The translations under genes and the position numbers were made by a program. A stretch of 64,000 nt of DNA from Bdellovibrionales bacterium (lineage in GTDB: Bacteria; Bdellovibrionota; Bdellovibrionia; Bdellovibrionales; UBA1609), in assembly GCA_041739415.1 (NCBI GenBank), contig JBGSNU010000038.1, forward strand, positions 27,155 to 91,154. The letters run 5' to 3'. The notes beneath the pieces were generated by a model. That model had not been told where the DNA came from and did no database searches. It worked only from the letters and a program-made list of their open reading frames with translations. Each line of letters opens with the position of its first letter. The first letter of the stretch is position 1. Below, piece after piece: positions 50,697-60,844 of the stretch.

Positions 50697-50993
50697 TCAC
50701 GACGCTTCTTCAAGCACCAGCTTCGCGCGAAGCTTAAACGGCTTGAGATACTCATTCAGAGTCTCTGGCTTGAGTTTGCGTTTACCGTGCATAAACTCAG
50801 AGACGTTCGACTGCGGGACCTTTGCCAGTTGTACAAACTCCTTGATGCCCATCCGTCCGATGGTGTGACGAAGGGCCGCTTCAACACTTAAGCCTTCGTC
50901 ACCCTCCATCAGGGCGCGAATGAAGGTTTGCGCGAATTTAGAACTTTTGAGCTTCTTGCTCAGTTCTTCGTCGTAAGATTTACCGCGTTTCAT
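50697..50993 (-). CDS. Antitoxin, HTH addiction-module antidote
   Basis: SYDEELSKKL...ALRHTIGRMGIKEFVQLAKVPQSNVSEF; overlaps toxin stop. Confidence 0.8.
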   Translation of the reverse strand: MKRGKSYDEELSKKLKSSKFAQTFIRALMEGDEGLSVEAALRHTIGRMGIKEFVQLAKVPQSNVSEFMHGKRKLKPETLNEYLKPFKLRAKLVLEEAS

Positions 50994-51297
50994 AGTTCCT
51001 CCAAAATTCTTTGGCGAGACGGATGTCGCGCTTTTGCGACCCTTTATCACCGCCGAGCAAAAGCAAAATGATCTGCTTTCCGACCTGCCCGAAATAAACT
51101 CGATAGCCGGGGCCACGAGCAATTTTAATTTCAAACACGCCGTCACCGACCGATTTTACGTTCTTCTTAGCGGCACCCATCGCCACACGGTCGATATAAG
51201 CATAGATGACTGCTTGATCGAACGCGTCCCGCCCATTCAGCCACTCACGGCATGGCTCTCGTCCAGTTTCAGTTGCGTAGAAAACAAGCTGCTTCAT
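50980..51297 (-). CDS. RelE/HigB-family toxin (addiction-module killer)
   Basis: GREPCREWL, KSVGDGVFEIKI.RGPGYRVYF, LLLGGDKGSQKRDI. Confidence 0.92.
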   Translation of the reverse strand: MKQLVFYATETGREPCREWLNGRDAFDQAVIYAYIDRVAMGAAKKNVKSVGDGVFEIKIARGPGYRVYFGQVGKQIILLLLGGDKGSQKRDIRLAKEFWRNYETR

Positions 51298-51305
51298 CAG
51301 TTCTA

Positions 51306-51334
51306 AATATACCAAAATAGGTATTTATAATCAA
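51306..51334 (-). promoter_or_regulatory. TA promoter with overlapping palindromic operator
   Basis: TTGATT-17 nt-TATATT, 8 nt before ATG; ATACC-N6-GGTAT palindrome 51309-51324. Confidence 0.6.
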
Positions 51335-51524
51335 GGCTTAAAAATGATACCCACGATAGGCCACAACAAGCTCGCTCAGTATCGCTCGGTGTCGTTTGCT
51401 CGACACTCAAGTTGTTCAAATGACTAAATATCTCAATTATTTATAAAGGCAAATGGTCCAAAGGACCGGGAGCAAAGCTTTGGCAATCAAACGTAATCCT
51501 AGATGGATCGCGGCTAACATGCAA

Positions 51525-51545
51525 ACGGGCTGAGATTCGGCCCGT
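51525..51545 (-). terminator. Possible terminator hairpin
   Basis: ACGGGCTGA-GAT-TCGGCCCGT stem about 30 nt after a stop codon; only a short U tract. Confidence 0.35.
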
Positions 51546-51574
51546 CGGAAATATATAAAAAAATTTTATCTTCA

Positions 51575-51925
51575 CTACTCAGCGATAGGTAAGCACAAAA
51601 TCATAGATGTCGAGCTGTCAGAAAACTGAACCATGTCTTTTAACAAACCCTTAGCGCCCCTAAACGAAACAACGCCGGTCTTATTCAGGTCCATCACTTC
51701 GATGCCCAGATAGTGAGTTCCATCCGAGTTTGATTTATCAACATAAACTTGTACTTGCAGTGATGCGTTTTCAATCAACACCTTTTGGTATTCTTTATTC
51801 CACTCTAGTTCTACTGATTGATTCCCGATTTGCGCGAATCTGCCCGTGCCCTGACATAAGAAAGTGTCGGCTTGTGCATAGGAAACCCCGATCATGGCCA
51901 GCGCGAGAACAATTGCTGATCTCAT
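51575..51925 (-). CDS. Small secreted hypothetical protein
   Basis: AAGGAG RBS; signal peptide ending AQA; Cys near each end of the mature chain. Confidence 0.75.
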   Translation of the reverse strand: MRSAIVLALAMIGVSYAQADTFLCQGTGRFAQIGNQSVELEWNKEYQKVLIENASLQVQVYVDKSNSDGTHYLGIEVMDLNKTGVVSFRGAKGLLKDMVQFSDSSTSMILCLPIAE

Positions 51926-52514
51926 AAAAATACTCCTTCATTATTGGGGTCGCCGCTTCCATGCCGACTATCGGCATATCCGAGACAGGCACCCATACCA
52001 ATCCACAGTCCACAGGAAGGTTTGCGAAGGTGGTGCCTCGTCAAATTTGTTGAGGGCTAATGGGGATTGCCACCAGGGATGATCTGGCGGATTGAGCCAT
52101 GAGACCCAGTGACCGGCAACGGCAACCAAAAAGAAAAAACTTCATTGGCGATGATGGACGACCAGGTGAATCCGTACTGGCTATGAGATTGATCTGCTGA
52201 TTCTGTTGAAGAAAACGTTGGTCGGCTTGCCGAAGTCGTGACCGCGCAGCCCACACTTCATTTTCCAGCTCACGGCATACCCAGTTGAAAATCTTGAAGG
52301 CTCGATTAGATGCATTGGCTTACTCAAGCGCAGACTTTGCCACTTTGTCCTGTGTAATGACGTACGGGCCGCAATTGGACTGCGGGAGTTTTGCGAGATA
52401 CGAACATTTCAGACTGTGCTCGGGACAGTACGTGCTGACGGACAGACTCGATGTATTTGCAGAGTCCACATGACTGAGCTAATCGTCAAATAAGCTTCTT
52501 CGAGCGCTTACATT

Positions 52515-53360
52515 CTAAGAAAGTACCAATCCGAATAATCCGATTCGCTTGTACCCCATCGCCTCATAGAGTTTTTGGGCGGGAAAATCCGTTTCGACGG
52601 TAAAGAGGATGCTCTTCTTGTGTTGATGGAGGTCACGACAGTCTTTTAACATGTGAAACATCGCCGCTTTGGCGAGGCCCTTCTGCCTTAGGTTTGGTGG
52701 AGTATAGACGCCGCCGACCTGGCCGACAGTTTCGCCTTTAGAGTTAAGGGCGACTCGCGATTGAAGTGATTCGCCGTCGAACAATCCCCACCAAATTTGA
52801 TTCTTAATCTGTTTGGTGAAATCGGAATGCTTTTGTTCATCAGACAACTTGTCGGGGATTGATAGCTCAGACATGTAAGCCTTGCTGTAGATCAGCCATT
52901 GCGGAAAATCCCGTTCCTCAAGAAAACGCACCCGAGGATCATGCTGCACCTTTGAATCATTCGCGGTCAGCGCGTACGAATACAAAATCTCTTTCGACTC
53001 GTATGTCGGCAAGTAATCTGGATGGAGCTTTCGATAAAGCGTTAAGACCGGTTCGAGGGACTTCCAATCCCCAATGAAGCCCTTCAATGCGACTGGCTCA
53101 GATTTTAGCGAATCAACGACAGCCTCAGCGCAGTTGAGGTCTAGCTGTGCAATGAGATTTCCTCGGCGAGTCAGGCAGAAGACACCTTTAACCTCATCGC
53201 CCGATTTAACGGTTTTGAAATTGCCGCTGTTGTGATGGGCCGTTAATTTCGGACCATGCTCGCGAAGATTGTTAATTAGGAACTGAGAAGAATCTTCGTG
53301 CTTATTTAGAAACGCGAAGCATTGGTCCATTGAAGCAAGCGTTACGTTCTGAATATCCAT
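52515..53360 (-). CDS. GNAT acetyltransferase (FR47-like C-domain)
   Basis: QVGGVYTPPNLRQKGLA, AQKLYEAMGY. Confidence 0.88.
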   Translation of the reverse strand: MDIQNVTLASMDQCFAFLNKHEDSSQFLINNLREHGPKLTAHHNSGNFKTVKSGDEVKGVFCLTRRGNLIAQLDLNCAEAVVDSLKSEPVALKGFIGDWKSLEPVLTLYRKLHPDYLPTYESKEILYSYALTANDSKVQHDPRVRFLEERDFPQWLIYSKAYMSELSIPDKLSDEQKHSDFTKQIKNQIWWGLFDGESLQSRVALNSKGETVGQVGGVYTPPNLRQKGLAKAAMFHMLKDCRDLHQHKKSILFTVETDFPAQKLYEAMGYKRIGLFGLVLS

Positions 53361-53368
53361 CGTGGTTC

Positions 53369-54235
53369 CTATTCTTGACTGGCTAAAAATTCGCGAATGT
53401 CGCGGTAAAAAAGATCAGGATGCTCAAGCCAAGGAATGTGCCCACAATTCTTTAGTACCGTTACTTTAGCGTTGTTAATTCCCGACGCAACTCGCTCTGT
53501 TTGAATTAACGGCACTGAGTCGTCGGCACCTGTGCAAATCCAAGTAGCGGCCTCGATCTTTTTCAAGTAATCCCAGGCAAACCATGTTTCAGCACTCGAC
53601 CAAACCCACTTATTCACCTCTCGGTCAGGAGATGGATCGAGGAAATACTCTTTCAGAAATACAGATCGAAAATTTGGATTGAAAACCCAGCCTTTTACTC
53701 GAAGTTGCATCAAGTTGCGATCTACGTCGTTTACGACGGCAATGTCGCCTCTATCTCTTGCTGCGTTTCTTTCATTTCGCATTCGTGTCCACTCCGCTTT
53801 CTCAGACGCATCTAAGGCTGACATTAAGTGTTCAGCAGTACCCTGGCCCATTTCATCGTCCAGAGGTCCCATGCTAATGAGCGCGGCTTTGTGAAAGGTC
53901 GTTGGGAACTGTATACAGGCAAAAAGAGCATACATAGCGCCCCATGAGTGGCCGACGAGTGCAGGGCGACCTACGTCAAAATATGACGCCACGGCGATAA
54001 GATCATTCAATAGCTGATCGACCTTGAAGACAGATTGATCTCGCCTAAAATTCGATGAGCCGCCGGTTCCGCGTTGGTCAAAGAAAATGCACTGGAACTG
54101 ATCGAACAGCGGTTCAGCCATTCGCTTCATGTAGTCGTGCGTGTCACCAGGCCCACCGTGTAGGAAGATGACCGGCGGTCCCTTTCCGAAAGAATATGCA
54201 GCGAGTTCGCCGCCAGGAACCGCAATGAGATTCAT
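53369..54235 (-). CDS. Alpha/beta hydrolase (proline iminopeptidase-like)
   Basis: HGGPG, DQRGTG, GHSWG, CGHIPW. Confidence 0.9.
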   Translation of the reverse strand: MNLIAVPGGELAAYSFGKGPPVIFLHGGPGDTHDYMKRMAEPLFDQFQCIFFDQRGTGGSSNFRRDQSVFKVDQLLNDLIAVASYFDVGRPALVGHSWGAMYALFACIQFPTTFHKAALISMGPLDDEMGQGTAEHLMSALDASEKAEWTRMRNERNAARDRGDIAVVNDVDRNLMQLRVKGWVFNPNFRSVFLKEYFLDPSPDREVNKWVWSSAETWFAWDYLKKIEAATWICTGADDSVPLIQTERVASGINNAKVTVLKNCGHIPWLEHPDLFYRDIREFLASQE

Positions 54236-55347
54236 CGGTCAGTGCCTTCACCAATTTTGATTAAATCAGAGCGCAGGAGACCATAAATAATCTCGTTCGT
54301 CGGTATGCCGTTAACTAGATAATGTTCCCGTAGGATGCCTTCTTGCCTAAAGCCAACATTTTCAAGGGCTTTGCGCGAAGGCACGTTGCCGTCGTGGACG
54401 AAGGCGATCAGTTTTCGGAGTGAAGTTTTGGAGAACGCTTCCGTAGCAAGTTTATGAACAGCCACTGTTGCGAGTCCTCTCCCTCGAAAACTAGCAGAAA
54501 TTCCATAACCGATTTCTGCGGTGAGCATCATTCGATTTATATTTTGCATCGTAACGTGGCCGACGATTTGGTCATTTTCTTTGACGAACCAAAAGTAAGA
54601 ATCGGAAGTCTCAAATAATGCAAGGTCCGAGCTTGCTTTGGAAAGTCGTTCTTTTAGCGACTCGACGGTCGATGGGGCGATAGGGTTAAATCTCAACGTC
54701 TCAGCCTCTTGCCGATCACAAAACCACCATTCAGCCAGTGCGGGATCGGCGTGAGAAAACGTAATTGTCGATTTCACTCGCGATTTGAAGTGTGCCCATT
54801 CGACTTTTGTTAATTCCCACGTTTCGGCCTCTGTATAATCTTGGCTTACGAATTTTGCAGGGCGCGCTCCAATGAGGCGAGCGCCAGTTTTTTCCTTAAT
54901 CCTTCTGGATTTGGTATTTCCCAACGCGTTTGAGAAAATTAACTTATCAAATCCGAGGTCGGCGAAGGCGTAATCCATGACCGGTTCTACCGCCTCAGTC
55001 ATAAGTCCTTTGCCCCAAAATTTTCTTGCCAGCCAAAATCCACGATTTTCTGGTGAACCGTTCCGCCACAGGTCAACTCCGCCAATCATCTCGCCGGGAT
55101 TATCTTTAAGAAAGATGCCCCAAAACCAACGGTCTCTGCCTTGTTGAGGTAGAATGAATGTACGAATAAAGTCCTCAGCGCCCTTGTCGGGATATGGCCA
55201 GGGGACCACAGATGCAAGCTGCGAAATAACTTCGTAATCATTGAAATGCCTCTGATAAGAAGGCGCGTCTTGCAGAGTGATGCCTCGTAAAAGCAATCGC
55301 CTGGTTTCAAATACGGGTATGGCTAATGAAGCTGTGGAGTTTGACAT
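54232..55347 (-). CDS. Tandem RimJ/RimL GNAT acetyltransferase
   Basis: ETRRLLLR; GFWLARKFWGKGLMTEA; second domain EIGYGISASFRGRGLA...GFRQEG. Confidence 0.88.
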   Translation of the reverse strand: MSNSTASLAIPVFETRRLLLRGITLQDAPSYQRHFNDYEVISQLASVVPWPYPDKGAEDFIRTFILPQQGRDRWFWGIFLKDNPGEMIGGVDLWRNGSPENRGFWLARKFWGKGLMTEAVEPVMDYAFADLGFDKLIFSNALGNTKSRRIKEKTGARLIGARPAKFVSQDYTEAETWELTKVEWAHFKSRVKSTITFSHADPALAEWWFCDRQEAETLRFNPIAPSTVESLKERLSKASSDLALFETSDSYFWFVKENDQIVGHVTMQNINRMMLTAEIGYGISASFRGRGLATVAVHKLATEAFSKTSLRKLIAFVHDGNVPSRKALENVGFRQEGILREHYLVNGIPTNEIIYGLLRSDLIKIGEGTDR

Positions 55348-55451
55348 CTAAAACCTTTCCACCACTGATGCAAGTGAAGTATACCCTGCTTCCTTCAATA
55401 TGAAGCACATGTCTGGGGCACGGGTATTCAGCGAGAGTCGAACAACTCTGA

Positions 55452-57209
55452 TCATTTGCAAATATCCTTAAAGAATTCGATGTATTCCTTTAAGGGCGGC
55501 AGTCCGACCTCAGCTCGCCGACTATCGACTTTGGCTGCATCTTCGATTTCTAAGGGCTCCCATTTTCCGGGGCCGGCGCAAAAGCCTTGAGTGCCGTATC
55601 TTTGCGGTCTACCTTTACTTGGGTCGTTAGATGAAGCGGCGACGCGATCAAAAAGATAGGCATAGTTGGAGGGAGCGGTTTCATTTATTTTGTAGAGGAC
55701 GCTCAGGGTCTTGAGAACTTCGATTTGAAAATCGGGATCATTGTCAGCATGTTGAACCAGCAACCAGGCCTGGTTGTCAAGCTGGCTGCCCCACTCACTA
55801 ATTTTGAACCAGCCGTGAATTTTTATCAGCTGCTTTAGATCCTGCGTGTTTTTCCAGTCCAGCATGTGAATTCGCCGACGGTACGCTTTGTGAAAAAAAT
55901 CAATCTCTCGATCATCAAATCCATGCTCGGACACCTGACTAAAAAGACTACGAATGTATTGATCGATATCGACCATATGGGCCATTTTCAGTCGCACCCA
56001 TTCTTTGTCTTCTGGCGCTGCAGGTGTTTTTCGAAATTCTGATACGCGGCGTGCGATCTCGACGTCAATATCTTTGAGAACCTTAATTGGCTTATCCATC
56101 TTTAACGAGGCTACCACTTTTTGAATGACCTCAATGGAAGCCAAATCAAACCGCTGGTCCACTCCGGCTGCATCCATGAGACTTGAGTTTGAGAGCACGA
56201 CGATTCCGACTAATCGATCTGGATCAAAGCCGAAAAAACTCCTTGATCCAAACGTCGCGCCGTTGTGCCAGGTGATATTCTGCGCCTTTAGATGTTGCCA
56301 AAAAAGACCGAGCTCAAAATTATTACCCATGCGAAAGGTCGGATCGGTCGCAAGAGTTGATATTGGCAAAAACTCGGGAGCGCCGAGTCCCATCATGGTC
56401 TTGAGTAAGATTGTCATATCCTTTGCTGTGGAACGCAGGGCCCCGGCACCTTGAAGCACCGAGCTGATATTCCATTGCCAAGGCTGCGTTTCAATCCCAT
56501 TCTTGAACACAGGAGCTAGCCTTCCGGACTGCTCCGCGGTGAGTTGAACACTCGTGTCTACCATCCCAAGCTTTTTCAAAAAGCCCTGAAGCAACAGTTG
56601 CTCAAAACTCATTTTGTATTTCTGCTCTAGAGCGTAGCCAACAAGACCCGCACCCAATTTCGAGTAATCCGAAGCTGTTCCCGGTGGCCTATTTGGCTTA
56701 AACCCACTGACAAATGCCTTCAGCTTTTGGATGTCGTAGTCGACATATGGTTGCAATGGATCGGCTGGAGTAAAGTTGTCTGGCAGCCTTGGGAGTCCAG
56801 CCGTATGTTGAGCCAGGTTCCGCCAAGTGACTTCGGTTCCCGCATAAGATGCAAGCTTGAGGTCTGAATTCAAGTTGAAGGGCCGATCCAAGTCGAGCGA
56901 ACCCTTTAAACTTTCCTGCACCAGCAAAAGACCTAGAAAGCCTTTAGTGATGGAACCGATTTCAAAAATTATCTTTTCAGTTGGAGCGTTGCCCAACTCG
57001 AAAGTTCTCCCTAAAGGGATGATTTGTGTTTCAAAAGGTGTGACGATTCCGACGATGAGACTCTGATACCGCTTATCTTTAGGCAAACTCTTGTCAATGA
57101 GCGGTTGAAACTCTGAATGAACTATTTTGTGTAACTCAGAGGTGACAGCATGACCCACCTGGGTAGTGACCACCAAAAGTGGTAGTCCTAAGGCAATAAA
57201 AACATTCAT
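55452..57209 (-). CDS. Secreted serine hydrolase (class C beta-lactamase-like) fused to a DUF6624-like domain
   Basis: FEIGSITK, HTAGLP, YSK, WHNG; C-domain DQ, AWLLVQHAD, YAYLFDRV, QRYGTQ; start uncertain. Confidence 0.8.
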   Translation of the reverse strand: MNVFIALGLPLLVVTTQVGHAVTSELHKIVHSEFQPLIDKSLPKDKRYQSLIVGIVTPFETQIIPLGRTFELGNAPTEKIIFEIGSITKGFLGLLLVQESLKGSLDLDRPFNLNSDLKLASYAGTEVTWRNLAQHTAGLPRLPDNFTPADPLQPYVDYDIQKLKAFVSGFKPNRPPGTASDYSKLGAGLVGYALEQKYKMSFEQLLLQGFLKKLGMVDTSVQLTAEQSGRLAPVFKNGIETQPWQWNISSVLQGAGALRSTAKDMTILLKTMMGLGAPEFLPISTLATDPTFRMGNNFELGLFWQHLKAQNITWHNGATFGSRSFFGFDPDRLVGIVVLSNSSLMDAAGVDQRFDLASIEVIQKVVASLKMDKPIKVLKDIDVEIARRVSEFRKTPAAPEDKEWVRLKMAHMVDIDQYIRSLFSQVSEHGFDDREIDFFHKAYRRRIHMLDWKNTQDLKQLIKIHGWFKISEWGSQLDNQAWLLVQHADNDPDFQIEVLKTLSVLYKINETAPSNYAYLFDRVAASSNDPSKGRPQRYGTQGFCAGPGKWEPLEIEDAAKVDSRRAEVGLPPLKEYIEFFKDICK

Positions 57210-57635
57210 CAATCTCCTCATTCGTAGCTCCACAGCATTCGGGTTGGAATCAAAAGCTCGTAACGCAATTTGGATAGTTAGGCAATGATGACAGAGGAAC
57301 TTGTAAACTCTCCGAAGGCCAAACTTCACGCTATTGAGTATTGATGAAGCGGTTCAAAATAGTGAAACTGCGAAGTTCATAAAGGAATCGGCGCTAGGGA
57401 AAATATAGAAAATATATATATTTAATACTATCACCTATGAAGAAGTGTTGGAGTGGGGGGGGACTAGGTCATTCGCATTTCCGCCCCAAGATCAGCCTAT
57501 ATTTCTCGCGGCGTTGATGGCGAGGGCCACTCACTTATTCTCCAGCGACATGAAAGACCTTGGCCCGTATATAAATCACCCGGATAAGTCGGCAGGGGTT
57601 GTTAATCATACCCTAGCAGAGTTTGTGACAAGCCT

Positions 57636-58205
57636 TTAACCAGAGGCGGCAAAACGACCTCGCCCATAAACGTAGTCACTGAACTCACGCCGAAACTTCT
57701 CGCGCGCCTGGTACCCTTTTTTCGACTCGATCCGGTTGGCCCGAAAATAGCCGCCCAAAATGATTTCTTCTTTAAAGCTCATCAACACCCGCGTAAACGC
57801 CAAGCCCGCCCAAAACTGACCAAATTTTTTGCCACGCCGAGCCCCAGTGATCTTGCGCGCAATTAAAGTCGTGACCGCTCGTAGAAAATTCTGAAAGTTC
57901 TTTCGAGACTGAATCTTAATCTTCAAGTGCAAATGGTTCCCCACATTGGCGCGATCGGCAATGAGCACGCCAAACTTCCTCGCCTTCTGCGCTAGCACGG
58001 ATCCAATAATTTTTTTGTTCCGCGCTGTCAAAAAGCTCATATGCCCTCTGGCCTTGTCGGACTTTAGTGTCAGGTGCAGCCACTGCTTGGTCGACAGCGG
58101 CCGCTCGAGTTTACGCTTCCCCTTGTTGAGCGTATGGCCATGCGATCGGCGCGAGTACCGACGCTGATCTGTTCTTGAAAAAAGTGAAGGTTGACTCGTT
58201 CGCAT
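57636..58205 (-). CDS. HUH Y1 transposase-like protein (IS200/RAYT-like)
   Basis: HLTLK, NVGNHLHL (HUH), FW...F, YFRAN. Confidence 0.75.
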   Translation of the reverse strand: MRTSQPSLFSRTDQRRYSRRSHGHTLNKGKRKLERPLSTKQWLHLTLKSDKARGHMSFLTARNKKIIGSVLAQKARKFGVLIADRANVGNHLHLKIKIQSRKNFQNFLRAVTTLIARKITGARRGKKFGQFWAGLAFTRVLMSFKEEIILGGYFRANRIESKKGYQAREKFRREFSDYVYGRGRFAASG

Positions 58206-58517
58206 GTTGGGGCAGTATAGTCTAGAACGAATGGTCAGGGGCAACTTGAAAGTGATTTGGGCGTGAGAAATTGGGACTAAGCACCGCCACTGCCGCCAAA
58301 AATTATAGAGGTTTATATCAAGTCTCGACCTTCCACGGCCGTGGCTGAGGGATTAAACAACGAGATGGTCGCGGCTGATGCCGCTCGTCGAGCACGCGCA
58401 CATGTGAGATTTGCGAGACCGCTAATCATGAAATTGCCACAAACTTTTCTAAGCGATATCAGTGCCGACCAATTTGAAAAACGGAAACTGTCGTAGCACA
58501 CGGACTGAAAACTGCGC

Positions 58518-58865
58518 CTACGGCAGTGGGATTAAACCGAGTAATGTTTTGCTCACTAAGTTTCTGTCCTCTAGAGCGAGCTTGCCGATTTTTTTGAGGA
58601 TGAGTTTGTTGTCGGGCGTGAAAAACTTCAACCTAACATAGCAGGGCTTTTTAAGGCCAGCTTCACTCCACTTAACAAGTGGTACATCGCCGACCCATGT
58701 AGAGTTTTTGCGCGATGTAATCATCATGAGAGTGGTGGCACCATTTGGTCCGTTCATGGATTTTGGCGTGAGCACTAGGGCCTTGCGAATCTTTGACTTA
58801 GGCAAATCCGAGAATGGGAAAGGCAGTTCAACCACGTCGAACGTGTCATAAATCGTCGTCGTCAT
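58518..58865 (-). CDS. PemK/MazF-family toxin
   Basis: DVVELPFPFSD...KIRKALVL, MITS, AGLKKPC, KKIGKL. Confidence 0.9.
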   Translation of the reverse strand: MTTTIYDTFDVVELPFPFSDLPKSKIRKALVLTPKSMNGPNGATTLMMITSRKNSTWVGDVPLVKWSEAGLKKPCYVRLKFFTPDNKLILKKIGKLALEDRNLVSKTLLGLIPLP

Positions 58866-59076
58866 CGCTCTTCCATTCCGGGGCTAGGGTCAGTTCAATA
58901 CTTCTAATATAGTCGAGTTCATCTTGCGGGAGAGCCTTGCGTAAGACGGCCTTTCCATCATCATCGATTTCGAAAATGATTTGATCGCCTGGGACTAAGC
59001 CAAGCTCGTTTCGAACTTCTTGCGGGATCGTCGTTTGGCCTTTGCTTGAGAGGGTGCTGAGTTTATAAGCTTTCAT
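58846..59076 (-). CDS. AbrB/MazE-family antitoxin
   Basis: LSSKGQTTIPQEVRNELGLVPGDQIIF; acidic tail. Confidence 0.92.
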   Translation of the reverse strand: MKAYKLSTLSSKGQTTIPQEVRNELGLVPGDQIIFEIDDDGKAVLRKALPQDELDYIRSIELTLAPEWKSDDDDDL

Positions 59077-59082
59077 AAGAAG

Positions 59083-59123
59083 AGGATAGCAAATGTCGGT
59101 ACATAAGTAAAGAAACCTTACTT
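59083..59123 (-). promoter_or_regulatory. TA promoter with palindromic operator
   Basis: TTTACT-17 nt-TATCCT with extended -10 TG, 6 nt before ATG; AAGTAA-N7-TTACTT palindrome 59105-59123. Confidence 0.6.
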
Positions 59124-59224
59124 CTTTTCGGTAAAGAACGATAAATATGTGGCTAGCAACTCCAGATTTTAGATAAACATAGCAATTACAAATACTTATG
59201 AAAACGGCCCTAACTGTCAGGAAG

Positions 59225-60844
59225 CTATTGAGTTTCGATGAAGCGAATCAGACGCTCACGTTCTTCTGAAGAAATGGAGTTTTGTGGGTCGAGCGGAGGC
59301 ATGGATTGATTTCGAATCAGCCTCAGGACCATCCCCGGCGACTTCGTGCCATAAGCTCGCAGTTGAGCGGCAGAATCCAAGGGGAGCTCATAGCCTCCGC
59401 TGCCGATGGAGTGCGGACCAGAACCATGGCAGGCTCCACAAACCTGTTTCAGAATAACTTGAGGAGGCCGGCTCTTCGGCTGACCCAAGTTCAAGACCTC
59501 GCGGCTCGCTTGAACTTCTTCCTTCGGACTTTGACCGCGTAGAAAATCCAATGTCTGCTCTGAGGTTCGCCAGGGCTTAGCAAAGTAGGGATCTGCCAGC
59601 GGAGAATTTCGAACATTTTGAATGAGCGTCGGCAAATCTATTCTAAGCTCCTCAATTTGATACTTCCAGGTCCCATAGCAGACCTTGATCGCCGTAGCCG
59701 CGTTTCGCTTCAACTGCGCCTGATTTAACTTTTGCAATGGCCTTGGCGTGAGTGGATCTGCAGCTGGATGAGAATCAGGAATATCCACGGTGCCGGATGA
59801 AAACAGCGCAGCAGAATCCGTAATGTCGTCTTTGTAAAAGTCAGGCGAGATACGATCGGTACCAGGAACAAGCTTAAGACGAATCGTCCTTACATAAGAT
59901 CGGTTGGTGTTGCGATCTGGAATCACGCTCGAAGGTCTTCCCGGAATCTGATCCATTTGATTTTCGGGATGATCTTTAAAAAATTGTTCTAGGCTGTAAC
60001 CAGCTCGGTCAGCAGATCGAGGAAAGGATAGAGAACCTATAGAGCTCAGATTCACTTGCACCTTGCTTAAACTTTCCCAGATTAGGGCTGCCATGAAATT
60101 AGCTTTGCATTTGGTGTCGCGACAGACGGACTGACAGACATCTGCAATCTTGAGAGCCATTGCACTCTGTCGAACTCTGGAATCATAAACCAACGGCCCG
60201 GGCTTACTCGAGGCCTTCGGCGCTCCCGGCTGCTTGTCAGATATTTTTATACTCAAACTGAATTGTGAGGAGCCTTCCATTTCTGTCCAAGGATCACGGG
60301 GAAATATCGGTCCACCGTTTTGATGACATGCGGTGCACGTACCTCGGGCCGGTCTTACAACTTTAGCCGAAGGTGAACCGTAATTTTCGACAAGATAGAA
60401 TTCGTATATTCTCTCAAGATCGTTCCAACTGATGACCTCGATTTGTTGAGTATTCGGAGTAAAACCAAGATAAAGTAAAGGCAAAAACCCACCCTTCAAT
60501 CCATTTGAAAGGTAGCTGAACTCTGTCACGTAGCGGGGATGGTTGAGATCTGTGTGTGATCGCACCAAAGAACGTCCATAAGGAATTCTAAAAAAATCTA
60601 TCCCAGTTTTATGACCGCCCGAAGTCACCAAATCACCCAATGAAACTATGTTGGGCTCAACCTTTAGCAACTTTCCGAAAGCCTCGATTGGATAAGGGAC
60701 CAAACCGCAAGTCCTAGCGATGATTCGCTCAAATGCAGTGGATTCCTCGCCGGTGACTTCACAGGACCAAACGGGCGAGGGGGCTACTGTAAGTCCGAAC
60801 AGCAACAAGAGCACATAGACAAAAAATAGATTTAGCTCGCGCAA
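59225..60844 (-). CDS. Secreted protein with two c-type heme motifs
   Basis: Signal peptide; CTACH and CGACH; C-terminal MPP distal-ligand-like motif. Confidence 0.75.
   Translation of the reverse strand: MRELNLFFVYVLLLLFGLTVAPSPVWSCEVTGEESTAFERIIARTCGLVPYPIEAFGKLLKVEPNIVSLGDLVTSGGHKTGIDFFRIPYGRSLVRSHTDLNHPRYVTEFSYLSNGLKGGFLPLLYLGFTPNTQQIEVISWNDLERIYEFYLVENYGSPSAKVVRPARGTCTACHQNGGPIFPRDPWTEMEGSSQFSLSIKISDKQPGAPKASSKPGPLVYDSRVRQSAMALKIADVCQSVCRDTKCKANFMAALIWESLSKVQVNLSSIGSLSFPRSADRAGYSLEQFFKDHPENQMDQIPGRPSSVIPDRNTNRSYVRTIRLKLVPGTDRISPDFYKDDITDSAALFSSGTVDIPDSHPAADPLTPRPLQKLNQAQLKRNAATAIKVCYGTWKYQIEELRIDLPTLIQNVRNSPLADPYFAKPWRTSEQTLDFLRGQSPKEEVQASREVLNLGQPKSRPPQVILKQVCGACHGSGPHSIGSGGYELPLDSAAQLRAYGTKSPGMVLRLIRNQSMPPLDPQNSISSEERERLIRFIETQ

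Noticed and set aside
51926-52514. Short ORFs in a 590-nt gap
   Set aside because: No recognisable motifs, RBS or consistent frame; may be a gene remnant but cannot be supported.
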